DNA of 64,000 bases from an uncultured Microthrixaceae bacterium (GCA_963823495.1 CAWGLV010000001.1:3736176-3800175), one strand, 5' to 3'. Positions 28,988 through 37,448 are shown, numbered from the stretch's first letter. A program made the numbers and translations. Notes: generated from the sequence alone by a model not told the origin.

Positions 28988-30052
28988 TCAGGCCTGCGTG
29001 AGGATGGAGAGACCGTCGAGGCCGATCTGGAGCTCGACGAAGTTGATGCCGGCGTCCTCGCAGGCGGCGATCTCTTCGTCCTCGATCGGGCGAGAGGCAT
29101 CGGAGATATCTGTCTCGCCGTTGCAGAACAGCTCGAACCCGTCGCCTGTGCCCGGACCGTCGACCGAGACGCTCACGCCGGGGTTGTCGCCGCTGAAGGC
29201 CTCGGCGACCAGGGAGCTGATGGGCTCCACCGTGGACGACCCGGAGATGGCGATGTCGCCCGACACGTCGGACGCCGGCTCACCCGGCGTGCCCCCCGCA
29301 TCGGACCAGGCGGCGGCGGTGGCGGCGAAGTCCTCCTCGGTCATCTGGACATAGCCACCGTCGGAGACGGCCTGATAGCCGCCGTCGCCGGTGTAGTAGT
29401 CGACGAAGGCGGTGAGCGCTTCACTGTCCGCCGCGTTGTCCGTGTTCACGTAGATGAACAGGGGCCGGGACAGGGGGTACGCCCCGTCGGAAATGGTTTC
29501 GATGCTGGGATCGACACAGACGCCGTCCTCGCCGGCGATCTCGATCTCCCGGACCACATCCGCGTTCTCCTCGGCGAAGGCGAACCCGACCCAGCCGAAC
29601 GAGTCGGCGGTGCCGCTGATGCCCTCGATGATCACGTTGTCGTTGGGGGAGGACGTGTAGTCGGGGCGGGTCGCCAACTGGTCCTCGGGAATGCCCTGCT
29701 CCTCGCCGATGCCCTCGACCACGAACTCGACAAAGGTGTCGTAGGTGCCGGACTCCTCACCGGGACCGGTGATGGTGAGCGGGGCGTCGGGCAGGTCGTC
29801 GGCGTAGGCCGAACCGACCGTGGTGGCCAGGTCGGCCGCGTCGGACCAGTTGGCGAAGCCCGTGGACTCCGGCCCGGTCAGGGCGTAGAGCGCCGGGATG
29901 TCGAGGCATGCAGGGACGGCGGATTCGCCGCTCCCGTCATCGCCGGAACCGCTGCCTGAGTCCGAACCGCTGTCGTCGCCACACGCCACGGCGAGCAGCG
30001 ACAGCGCGGCCAGTAGGCCAAGGAGCCACCGAAGGCGGCTGTTGCGCAACAT
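28988..30052 (-). CDS. pstS: phosphate ABC transporter substrate-binding lipoprotein
   Basis: Lipobox LLAVACGDD, a PBP-like 2 fold (ISGSSTVEP, DGPGTGDGF), and position at the head of the pst operon. Confidence 0.9.
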   Translation of the reverse strand: MLRNSRLRWLLGLLAALSLLAVACGDDSGSDSGSGSGDDGSGESAVPACLDIPALYALTGPESTGFANWSDAADLATTVGSAYADDLPDAPLTITGPGEESGTYDTFVEFVVEGIGEEQGIPEDQLATRPDYTSSPNDNVIIEGISGTADSFGWVGFAFAEENADVVREIEIAGEDGVCVDPSIETISDGAYPLSRPLFIYVNTDNAADSEALTAFVDYYTGDGGYQAVSDGGYVQMTEEDFAATAAAWSDAGGTPGEPASDVSGDIAISGSSTVEPISSLVAEAFSGDNPGVSVSVDGPGTGDGFELFCNGETDISDASRPIEDEEIAACEDAGINFVELQIGLDGLSILTQA

Positions 30053-30140
30053 GGAATACGTGTCCTCCTGAGTGGGGGCGCGGTGCCCTCGTTCTCTGTC
30101 AGCCCCGAACCTAGAGAGGCCCCTTGACCGGGGTCGGGCC

Positions 30141-30162
30141 AGAAGGTGACGGCGAGGTGAAC
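30141..30162 (-). promoter_or_regulatory. PHO box upstream of pstS: GTTCACCTCGC CGTCACCTTCT (minus strand)
   Basis: Two 11-nt direct repeat units with a GTTCACC/GTCACC core, about 90-110 nt upstream of the pstS ATG. A TAGGTT -10-like hexamer lies further downstream. The units match the Streptomyces-type PHO box architecture. Confidence 0.55.
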
Positions 30163-30186
30163 GACGGCCGAAGAGCCGGGGAGCGC

Positions 30187-30843
30187 TCAGGTCGGGCCGG
30201 GCGCCGCCGGCACGCCGAGCTCGGCCAGGAGGCCGCGCACCCGTTGCTCGATGTCGTCCCGGATCGGCCGCACGGCCTCGACACCGAGGCCGGCGGGGTC
30301 CTCGAGGGTCCAGTCCTCGTACCGCTTGCCGGGGAAGATCGGGCAGGCATCGCCACAGCCCATCGTCACGACCACGTCGGCGGCCTGGACGATCTCGTCG
30401 GTCCAGGGCTTGGAGTACTCCTTGGCGATGTCGATGCCGACCTCGGCCATGGCCCCGACCGCGGCCGGGTTGATCTCGCCGACGGGCTCGGACCCCCCGC
30501 TCCAGGCGATCGCCCGGTCACCGGCCAGGTGATTGAACCAGCCAAGGGCGATCTGGGAGCGCCCGGCGTTGTGCACGCACAAGAAGAGCACGACCGGCAG
30601 CCCGTCAGTGGCCTTGCCCTCGACCTTGGCCAGGGCGTGCAGCCGCTGACGGGCGAAGCGCTCGGACAGCAGCGGCAGGAAGTTCGGGAAGCTGGCCTGG
30701 CCCGCGAACTGGTCGTAGCTCGTGGTCAGGAAGAGCTCGATGGTCTCCGCACCGAACACCCCGTCGAACTCGTCGGCGAGGTGGCGAGCGGCGGTCTTCA
30801 GGGCGAGGGCCTGGTCGGAGGTGAGCGTCCCGGGCTGGGTCAT
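30187..30843 (-). CDS. arsC: arsenate reductase, LMW-PTP (thioredoxin/mycoredoxin-coupled) type, with N-terminal helical extension of about 85 aa
   Basis: P-loop CVHNAGRSQ, downstream Cys pair in TMGCGDAC, and ars gene context. Confidence 0.85.
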   Translation of the reverse strand: MTQPGTLTSDQALALKTAARHLADEFDGVFGAETIELFLTTSYDQFAGQASFPNFLPLLSERFARQRLHALAKVEGKATDGLPVVLFLCVHNAGRSQIALGWFNHLAGDRAIAWSGGSEPVGEINPAAVGAMAEVGIDIAKEYSKPWTDEIVQAADVVVTMGCGDACPIFPGKRYEDWTLEDPAGLGVEAVRPIRDDIEQRVRGLLAELGVPAAPGPT

Positions 30844-30859
30844 GATGGACTCCTGGTAG

Positions 30860-30893
30860 ATTCGCGATCGTCGATTGATTTACCCTCGCGAAT
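30860..30893. promoter_or_regulatory. inverted repeat in arsC/arsR divergent region (attcgcga N18 tcgcgaat) enclosing TCGATTGAT
   Basis: 8-bp arms were read directly. The enclosed 9-mer tcgattgat recurs at 31315-31323 upstream of arsI. Confidence 0.35.
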
Positions 30894-30930
30894 GCATCGA
30901 CGAGTGTCAATAGGTGGACTGGAGCGAGAG

Positions 30931-31272
30931 ATGAGCACGAAACCGATCCCGGCCCTCGACCTCGGCGAGTGCTGCCCGACCGTGATGGGCGCGCCGCTCG
31001 AGGCGGGCGAGGCCCAGGTCCTGGCTCAGGCGTTCGCCGCCCTGTCCGACCCCGTGCGCCTCCGACTCCTGAGCATGATCGCCGGCGCGAAGGAGGTCTG
31101 CTCCTGTGACCTGCAGGAGCCCCTCGGCAAGTCCCAGCCCACGGTGAGCCACCACACCAAGACCCTGGCCGAAGCCGGCCTGATCGAGGGCGAGAAGCGG
31201 GGCCGCTGGGTGTACTGGCGGATCATCCCCGAGCGTCTGGCCGATCTCCGGTCAGCCCTCGCTCCGACCTGA
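30931..31272 (+). CDS. arsR: ArsR/SmtB family metalloregulator
   Basis: HTH DPVRLRLLSMI, As(III)-type site VCSCDL, and SQPTVSHHTKTL. ATG at 30931 with GGAGCGAGAG upstream. Confidence 0.85.
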   Translation: MSTKPIPALDLGECCPTVMGAPLEAGEAQVLAQAFAALSDPVRLRLLSMIAGAKEVCSCDLQEPLGKSQPTVSHHTKTLAEAGLIEGEKRGRWVYWRIIPERLADLRSALAPT

Positions 31273-31304
31273 CGACCGCCGACCGCCGACCGCCGACAAT
31301 TGCA

Positions 31305-31332
31305 TTGACAACTATCGATTGATTGGTAGGGT
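31305..31332 (+). promoter_or_regulatory. candidate promoter of arsI-acr3: TTGACA N16 TAGGGT
   Basis: Hexamers at 31305-31310 and 31327-31332, in an unusually AT-rich spacer. Confidence 0.45.
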
Positions 31333-31342
31333 GAGCCCACTA

Positions 31343-31358
31343 ATCGATGATCATCGAT
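31343..31358. promoter_or_regulatory. perfect 16-bp palindrome ATCGATGATCATCGAT, candidate ArsR operator
   Basis: The sequence is self-complementary. It lies just downstream of the putative -10 and 23 nt upstream of the arsI GTG. Confidence 0.5.
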
Positions 31359-31380
31359 CAATGACCCTCGGGAGGACCCC

Positions 31381-31842
31381 GTGTCCCGACTGCAACTCGC
31401 CCTCAACGTCACCGACCTCGAGCAGGCCGTCGAGTTCTACAGCAAGCTGTTCGGCACCGGGCCGGCCAAGCGCAAGCCCGGGTACGCCAACTTCGCCGTC
31501 GCCGACCCGCCCCTGAAGCTGGTCCTCTTCGAGGATCGGGAGGGCGGAACGCTCAACCATCTCGGCGTCGAGACCGAGTCCGCCAGAGAGGTCGAGGCCG
31601 CCGAGGCCCGGCTGACCGACACGGGCCTCGAAACCACCGGGATCGACGACACCATCTGCTGCTACGCCACCAAGGTCGAGACCTGGCTGACCGATCCCGA
31701 CGGCACCCAGTGGGAGTGGTACGTCAAGACCGGCGACTCCGAGCAGCTCAGCAACGAGGTCGTCACCGACGGCGAGACGACCGTGTGCTGTGCCGCCGAG
31801 ACCGCGCGTGTGGGCACCGGAGCGTCGTCGACTTGCGCCTGA
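31381..31842 (+). CDS. arsI: ArsI/CadI-type glyoxalase/VOC family protein (C-As lyase-like)
   Basis: VOC fold (LNHLGVE, WEWY), the vicinal cysteines ICCY characteristic of ArsI/CadI, and a Cys-rich C-terminal tail. GTG start with GGGAGGA SD. Confidence 0.7.
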   Translation: MSRLQLALNVTDLEQAVEFYSKLFGTGPAKRKPGYANFAVADPPLKLVLFEDREGGTLNHLGVETESAREVEAAEARLTDTGLETTGIDDTICCYATKVETWLTDPDGTQWEWYVKTGDSEQLSNEVVTDGETTVCCAAETARVGTGASSTCA

Positions 31843-31897
31843 CCGGACATCGGGGTGCCCCCGACCGGTTCGGGGGCGCCATCGGCGTGCCGGCGCG

Positions 31898-32995
31898 ATG
31901 ACCGCCACCGACCCCGGACCCGCCACCCCCTCGGTCGCGGCTGAGCTCTCGACCCTCGACCGGTACCTGCCGGCGTGGATCGGCTTGGCCATGGCCGGCG
32001 GGCTGCTGCTGGGCCGACTGATCCCGGACCTGAACGACACCCTCGAGGTGATCAAGGTCGATACCGTCTCGCTGCCGATCGCCATCGGCCTGCTGGCGAT
32101 GATGTACCCGGTCCTGGCCAAGGTCCGATACACGCACCTCGGGGACGAGCTGGCCGACGGTCGCACCCTGGGCCTGTCGCTGCTCCTCAACTGGGTGATC
32201 GGGCCGCTGCTGATGTTCAGCCTGGCCTGGGTGTTCCTGGCCGACCTCCCGGAACTGCGGACCGGCCTGATCATCGTCGGCCTCGCCCGCTGCATCGCCA
32301 TGGTCCTGATCTGGAACGACCTGGCGTGCGGGAGCCGAGAGCTGGCCGCCGTCCTCGTCGCGGTCAACTCCCTCTTCCAGATCGTCATGTACTCGGTGCT
32401 CGGGTGGTTCTACCTCACCGTGCTGCCCGACTGGCTGGGCCTCGACACCGCCGATCTCGACGTCTCCATGGGCCAGATCGCCAAGTCCGTGCTGATCTTC
32501 CTCGGCATCCCCCTCCTGGCCGGGTTCCTCACCCGGACCATCGGCGAGGCCCGCAGGGGCACCGAGTGGTACGAGCGCACATTCCTGCCGCGTATCGGCC
32601 CGATGGCCCTCTACGGCCTGCTGTTCACCATCGTCGTGCTGTTCGCGCTCCAAGGCGAGCAGATCACCGACAACCCGCTGGACGTCGCCCGCGTGGCGGT
32701 CCCGCTGCTCATCTACTTCGCCCTCATGTGGGGCGGGGCCTTCCTGGCCGCGTACCGCCTCGGCCTGCCCTACGAGCGCAACACCTCGATCGCCTTCACC
32801 GCGGCCGGCAACAACTTCGAGCTGGCCATCGCGGTGGCCATCGCCGTCTTCGGCGTCACCTCGGGCCAGGCCCTGGCCGGCACCATCGGTCCCCTCATCG
32901 AGGTCCCCGCCCTCGTCGGCCTCGTCTATGTGTCGCTCTGGGCCAAGCGTCACGTCTACCCCGCCGGGGGCGACGAGGCCGCGCTCAGGGGCTGA
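31898..32995 (+). CDS. acr3: arsenite efflux permease ACR3
   Basis: LSTLDRYLPAWIGLAMAGG...SLPIAIGLLAMMYPVLAKVRY and GLARCIAMV (the conserved Cys of the ACR3 family). Confidence 0.9.
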   Translation: MTATDPGPATPSVAAELSTLDRYLPAWIGLAMAGGLLLGRLIPDLNDTLEVIKVDTVSLPIAIGLLAMMYPVLAKVRYTHLGDELADGRTLGLSLLLNWVIGPLLMFSLAWVFLADLPELRTGLIIVGLARCIAMVLIWNDLACGSRELAAVLVAVNSLFQIVMYSVLGWFYLTVLPDWLGLDTADLDVSMGQIAKSVLIFLGIPLLAGFLTRTIGEARRGTEWYERTFLPRIGPMALYGLLFTIVVLFALQGEQITDNPLDVARVAVPLLIYFALMWGGAFLAAYRLGLPYERNTSIAFTAAGNNFELAIAVAIAVFGVTSGQALAGTIGPLIEVPALVGLVYVSLWAKRHVYPAGGDEAALRG

Positions 32996-34193
32996 CCGAG
33001 ATGCCCTTGCTCGCCGCCCAGGCGGAGGTGAGGGCCATGCGCTCGGCCGCCGGGGGATGGCTGGCCTGGAGGCGCTTCACCCGCCCGGGCTCGAGATCGG
33101 CCAGGTTCTTGGTGTGCAGGCCCCGCTGCATGTCCAGCATCGTCTGGGGCTCCTCCAGCAGATCCAGGGCCTCGATGTCGGCCTGGCGCTCGAAGGCCCG
33201 GGACACCCAGGCCGTGAGCAGGCCCAGCAGACCGAAGCCCACCTGCGCGGCAAGGACCAGGAGAGGCAGCGCCGTGGGCTGGCCCACCAGGGGCACGTCC
33301 CCCGAGGTGACCACCCCCGCCTGCTCGAAGATCCAGTCCCACTCGCTGAACACCTTCAGGCCGGCGAAGAGGGCGAGCAGGAGGAGGGCGATCACCGGCA
33401 GCTGCTTGCGGAGGTGCTTGAGGCGCCAGTGGCCGATCTCATGGGCCACCACCTGCTCGACCACCTCCGGCGAATGCTCCAGGAGCGTGTCGAAGAGCAC
33501 CACCCGACGGGTGGCTCCCAGCCCGGCCACGTAGGCGTTGTCCCGGCGGGAGCGCTTGCTCTCGTCCGCCACGTAGGTACCCGAGATCCGGACACCGGCG
33601 ATCGCTGCGATGCGGTCGACCCGGCCGTTCATGTCCTCGTCCTCGAGAGGGGTGAACGTGTTGAAGATCGGGGCGATGACCACCGGGTAGAGGAAGCCCA
33701 GGCCGATGGTGAAGATCACCATCACCACCCATCCCCAGAGCCACCAGGTCGGCGTCGTGCGGATCACCGCGAACAAGGGCAGCAACAGGACCACGTTGAC
33801 GACCAAGCCCAGCACGAGGCCCCTGGCCAGGTCGGTGGCGAAGCCGCCGCCGGTCTGGGTGGACAGCTCCCACTCCCGGTCGTGGCGCAGGTCCAGCCAG
33901 GCGTCGAACGGCGTGGCGATCACCGTGCTGACCACCTCGAGGAAGGACACGATCACGAGGAGCTGCAGGACCCAGTTGTCGACACCGAGAGCGTCGACCA
34001 GCTCCGGCGCGACCTCGGCGAAGACGATGACCAGGAGCGCCACCGTCGAGATGGCCAGACGCAGGATCCGGGCCCGCGCCACCGGTCGGCGGTAGCGGCG
34101 CGCCCGGTCCAGCTCGTCGGCGGAGAACCAGTCGTCGGGCGTGTTGGGGACGCGCCACCACAGGGAGGGCAGGCGGGGCGGGCGCGGGGTCAT
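32985..34193 (-). CDS. M48 family (Ste24/HtpX-like) membrane zinc metallopeptidase
   Basis: HEXXH VVAHEIGHWRLKH, multiple TM helices, and the C-terminal LADLEPGRV...SHPP motif. Confidence 0.85.
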   Translation of the reverse strand: MTPRPPRLPSLWWRVPNTPDDWFSADELDRARRYRRPVARARILRLAISTVALLVIVFAEVAPELVDALGVDNWVLQLLVIVSFLEVVSTVIATPFDAWLDLRHDREWELSTQTGGGFATDLARGLVLGLVVNVVLLLPLFAVIRTTPTWWLWGWVVMVIFTIGLGFLYPVVIAPIFNTFTPLEDEDMNGRVDRIAAIAGVRISGTYVADESKRSRRDNAYVAGLGATRRVVLFDTLLEHSPEVVEQVVAHEIGHWRLKHLRKQLPVIALLLLALFAGLKVFSEWDWIFEQAGVVTSGDVPLVGQPTALPLLVLAAQVGFGLLGLLTAWVSRAFERQADIEALDLLEEPQTMLDMQRGLHTKNLADLEPGRVKRLQASHPPAAERMALTSAWAASKGISVSP

Positions 34194-34681
34194 GATCGCT
34201 CAGCTTCCTCCAGGTGCTCGCCGAGGGCGCGTATCACCTCGACGTCGTCGGCCCGGGTGAGCTTGCGCCGGGCGGCGTCCGGCGTGAGCCACACCACCTC
34301 GTCGACCTCGTCGTTGACCGTGAACTCGCCCCGGGGGGCCGCCATCTCGAACCAGCGGACCTCCTTGGCCCGGCCCTTGCGGTCGGTGTAGGTCGTCGTG
34401 GCCAGATGGGGACCGAGGGTGCCGGTCACCCCGGTCTCCTCCTCGACCTCACGGCGGGCACCGTCCCGCCAGGACTCGCCCTCCTCCAGCTTGCCCTTGG
34501 GCAGTGACCAATCGTCATAGCGCGGACGGTGCACGACCAGCACCTCGATCCCGTCGCCGACCGGCCGCCAGGCGACCGCGCCTGCGGCCCGGATCCCGCG
34601 CGGGCTCAAGAACGGGCCCGGTGGAGTTCCTGGAGGCGCAGGTGGGTGTCCACCCGGCCCGTACCCGGGGGCGGGGCCCAC
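34190..34681 (-). CDS. NUDIX hydrolase (MutT1-like context, downstream of ppk1)
   Basis: Nudix box GKLEEGESWRDGARREVEEETG. The long start overlaps ppk1 by 76 nt. An alternative TTG at 34609 overlaps the ppk1 stop as TTGA. Confidence 0.8.
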   Translation of the reverse strand: MGPAPGYGPGGHPPAPPGTPPGPFLSPRGIRAAGAVAWRPVGDGIEVLVVHRPRYDDWSLPKGKLEEGESWRDGARREVEEETGVTGTLGPHLATTTYTDRKGRAKEVRWFEMAAPRGEFTVNDEVDEVVWLTPDAARRKLTRADDVEVIRALGEHLEEAERS

Positions 34682-36663
34682 TCACCCTGCGGACCGAGGG
34701 TCCAGGCCAGGGTGTCATCGGCCAGATTGACCTGGAGCACCTCCATGAGCCGCTGTTGCAGGGACGGGGTGTCGATGGGTGTCAGCGCCTCGACCCGCCG
34801 ATCGAGGTTTCTCGGCATCCAGTCGGCGGAGCCGATGTACCAGGCCGCGACACCGGGGCCGTGACCGTTGGCGAAGCAGTAGATCCGGGAGTGCTCGAGG
34901 TACCGGCCGATGATGGACCGCACGCGGATGCGCTCGGAGAGGCCCGGCACACCGGGGCGCAGACAGCAGATGCCCCGGACGACGAGGTCGACCTCGACTC
35001 CGGCCGCCGACGCCTCGTACAGGTCCTCGATGACGGCCGGGTCCACCAGCGAGTTCATCTTGGCCAGGATCCGACCCTGGCCCGCGCCGGCGTCGATCTC
35101 CCGGCGGATCAGTCGGCGGATGCCCGAGCGCAGCGAGTCGGGGGCGACCAGCATCCGCTGATAACCGATGTCGCGGGCGTAGCCGGTGAGGTAGTTGAAC
35201 AGGTGGGTCAGGTCGGCACCGATCTCGGGATCGGCGGTGAGCAGACCGCAGTCCTCGTAGATGCGGGCGGTTCGGCTGTTGTAGTTGCCGGTGCCGATGT
35301 GGCAGTAGCGCACCATGCCGCCGTGCTCCTCACGCACCACCAGCGTGGTCTTGGTGTGGACCTTGAGACCGAGCAGCCCGTAGGCCACGTGAACGCCGGC
35401 CTTCTCCAGGCGACGGGCCCACCCGACGTTGGCCTGCTCGTCGAACCGGGCCTTGAGCTCCACCAGCGCGGCGACCTGCTTGCCCGACTCCGCCGCCCGG
35501 ATCAGCGCGTCCACGATCGGGCTGTCACCGTCGGTGCGGTAGAGCGTGAGCTTGATGGCCCGCACCCCGGGGTCGTCGGCCGCCTGTCCGATGAAGGTCT
35601 CGACCGAGCCGGCGAAGGAGTCATAGGGGTGATGCAGCAGGAGGTCACCCCTACGCAGGACGTCGAAGACGTTCACCTCCCCCTCCTCACCCGTGAGGTG
35701 GGGCGGGACCACGCCGGACCAGGCGTCGTCCTTGAGGTCCGGTCGGTCGAGGCTCAGCAACGACCACAGTCCGCTCAGGTCGAGGGGGCCGGCGACCACA
35801 TAGACGTCGTCGTCCTCGAGGTCGAGCTCCCGCTGGAGCAGCTCGCGGATCTCGTCGGTCACGGTGGCCTCGAGCTCGAGGCGCACCGCCTTGCCGAAGC
35901 GACGGCGGCGGAGCTCCACCTCGACCGCGGCCAACAGGTCGTCGGCCACCTCGTCCTCGAGGGTCAGGTCGGCGTTGCGGGTGACCCGGAAGGGATGGTT
36001 CTCGACCACCTCCATTCCCGGGAAGAGCGTGTCGAGGTGGGCGGCGATGACCTGCTCGAGGGGCACGAAGCGCTCCCCGTCGGGCAGGACGACGAACCGG
36101 GGCAACAGCGGAGGGACCTTCACCCGCGCGAACCGCCGCAGTCCGGACACGGAGTCGAGCACGACCACCGCCAGGTTCAGCGAGAGATCCGAGATGTAGG
36201 GGAAGGGGTGCCCCGGGTCCACGGCCAGGGGCGTCAGGACGGGGAAGATCCGCTCGTCGAACTGGGCCCCGAGGTACTCGAGATCGTCGTCGTCCAGCTC
36301 GTCCCACGACGAGAAGCCGATGCCGGCGGCGCCCAGGGCCGGGACGAGCTCGTCGAGGAACAAGTGCTCGGCCCGCGCGATCAGCTTTCCGACCCGGTCC
36401 CGGATCTCGTCGAGCTGCTGGCCCGGCGTGCGCCCGTCGGGAGTGCGTTGGGTGACCGATCCGGCCACCTGGTCCTTCAGGCCGGCCACCCGGACCTGAA
36501 AGAACTCATCCAGGTTCTGGGAGAAGATGGCGAGGAACTTCGCCCGCTCGAGCAGGGGGACCGAGGCGTTCTCCGCCATGGCCAAGACACGGGTGTCGAA
36601 GTCGATCCAGGACAGCTCACGGTTCAGGAACCGGTCGACTCCGCTCTCCTCCACGCCCGCCAT
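34606..36663 (-). CDS. ppk1: polyphosphate kinase 1
   Basis: ATG at 36663. FLNRELSWIDFDTRVL, KFLAIFSQNLDEFF, and two PLD-like HKD-type segments (LKVHTKTTLV, YLEHSRIY). The part of the 938-aa track ORF upstream of 36663 is shadow. Confidence 0.95.
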   Translation of the reverse strand: MAGVEESGVDRFLNRELSWIDFDTRVLAMAENASVPLLERAKFLAIFSQNLDEFFQVRVAGLKDQVAGSVTQRTPDGRTPGQQLDEIRDRVGKLIARAEHLFLDELVPALGAAGIGFSSWDELDDDDLEYLGAQFDERIFPVLTPLAVDPGHPFPYISDLSLNLAVVVLDSVSGLRRFARVKVPPLLPRFVVLPDGERFVPLEQVIAAHLDTLFPGMEVVENHPFRVTRNADLTLEDEVADDLLAAVEVELRRRRFGKAVRLELEATVTDEIRELLQRELDLEDDDVYVVAGPLDLSGLWSLLSLDRPDLKDDAWSGVVPPHLTGEEGEVNVFDVLRRGDLLLHHPYDSFAGSVETFIGQAADDPGVRAIKLTLYRTDGDSPIVDALIRAAESGKQVAALVELKARFDEQANVGWARRLEKAGVHVAYGLLGLKVHTKTTLVVREEHGGMVRYCHIGTGNYNSRTARIYEDCGLLTADPEIGADLTHLFNYLTGYARDIGYQRMLVAPDSLRSGIRRLIRREIDAGAGQGRILAKMNSLVDPAVIEDLYEASAAGVEVDLVVRGICCLRPGVPGLSERIRVRSIIGRYLEHSRIYCFANGHGPGVAAWYIGSADWMPRNLDRRVEALTPIDTPSLQQRLMEVLQVNLADDTLAWTLGPQGEWAPPPGTGRVDTHLRLQELHRARS

Positions 36664-36680
36664 GCTAGGTGCGGGTTGCC

Positions 36681-36983
36681 TCAGGAGGGTCGGGCCCCGA
36701 GGTCGTGGTCCTCTTCCTCGTCGTAGCCCAGGTCCCAGTCGATCAGCAGCAGCTCGCGCTCGGCGTCGCGGTTGACCCGCTCCCGGTTGCGACGGAACTG
36801 AGGGTCGTGGGGTGGGAGCAGGACCAGGCGGGCGTTCACCCGGTCCCGGAAGGCGTCGATCACCGCTCGATCGCCGAAGTCCGAGCGGATCTCCCAGTGG
36901 GGGGCGACCGGCCCGAGGTACACGATCTTGACCGCGCCTCGCGGCGGCTCGGTCTCCAGAGAGGGCTCCACGACGTTCGACAT
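36681..36983 (-). CDS. hypothetical 100-aa protein, first gene of the ppk1 transcription unit
   Basis: ATG at 36983. MSNVVEPSLETEPPRGAVKIVYLGPVAPHWEIRSDF...LLIDWDLGYDEEEDHD. Its stop is 17 nt before the ppk1 ATG. No family recognised. Confidence 0.5.
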   Translation of the reverse strand: MSNVVEPSLETEPPRGAVKIVYLGPVAPHWEIRSDFGDRAVIDAFRDRVNARLVLLPPHDPQFRRNRERVNRDAERELLLIDWDLGYDEEEDHDLGARPS

Positions 36984-37095
36984 CGGCCGTGAGGCTACCG
37001 GGACCGGCCCGACTTCTCGGAAAACCCCCCGCTTCCCGGGAACCGAACGACGCCCCGCGCCGTAGAACAGGTGAAACGGAGGTCCCCCCACACCC

Positions 37096-37368
37096 ATGAG
37101 CAAGCCCGACGAGACCGAAACCGACTGGATGGCCTACGGCAACTGCGCCCATCGGCCGCCCTCGTTGTTCTTCCCCAGTGACGGGGTCGGGGTCGAGGTC
37201 GCCCGACGCGTGTGCGCCGACTGCCCGGTGCAGGATCTCTGCCTCGAGTACGCCCTCGTCCACCGCATCGACCACGGCGTGTGGGGGGGCTGCTCGGAAC
37301 GGGAACGGCGGCGGATCCTGAAGCGCCGCCGGGAGGCCGTCGAGGCCGAGGCCGCCACCCCGGCCTGA
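37096..37368 (+). CDS. WhiB-family (Wbl) iron-sulfur transcription factor
   Basis: Four Cys (GNCAH..., VCADCPVQDLC), the GVWGG turn, and a basic tail RERRRILKRRR. SD GGAGGT. Confidence 0.9.
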   Translation: MSKPDETETDWMAYGNCAHRPPSLFFPSDGVGVEVARRVCADCPVQDLCLEYALVHRIDHGVWGGCSERERRRILKRRREAVEAEAATPA

Positions 37369-37448
37369 GCCCGCCCGGGTGCGGGGGGACGACCCCTCTC
37401 GAGGGCGATCCGCCCGGCGCACCCGACCGTCGACGGGTCCGCGGCCGC

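Larger units (their letters stand above)
28834..29293. repeat. tandem duplication copy B (spacer plus authentic pstS 3-prime end)
   Basis: See copy A. The copies are separated by g plus atgaaaatgtaaa (28820-28833), an AT-rich filler that is anomalous in this genome. Confidence 0.9.

Noticed and set aside
35661-35700. Additional GTTCACC-like words inside coding regions (for example in ppk1, phoU, pstS, livM), considered as further PHO boxes.
   Set aside because: They are single units without the 11-nt tandem partner and lie inside ORFs, which is expected by chance in this GC-rich sequence.
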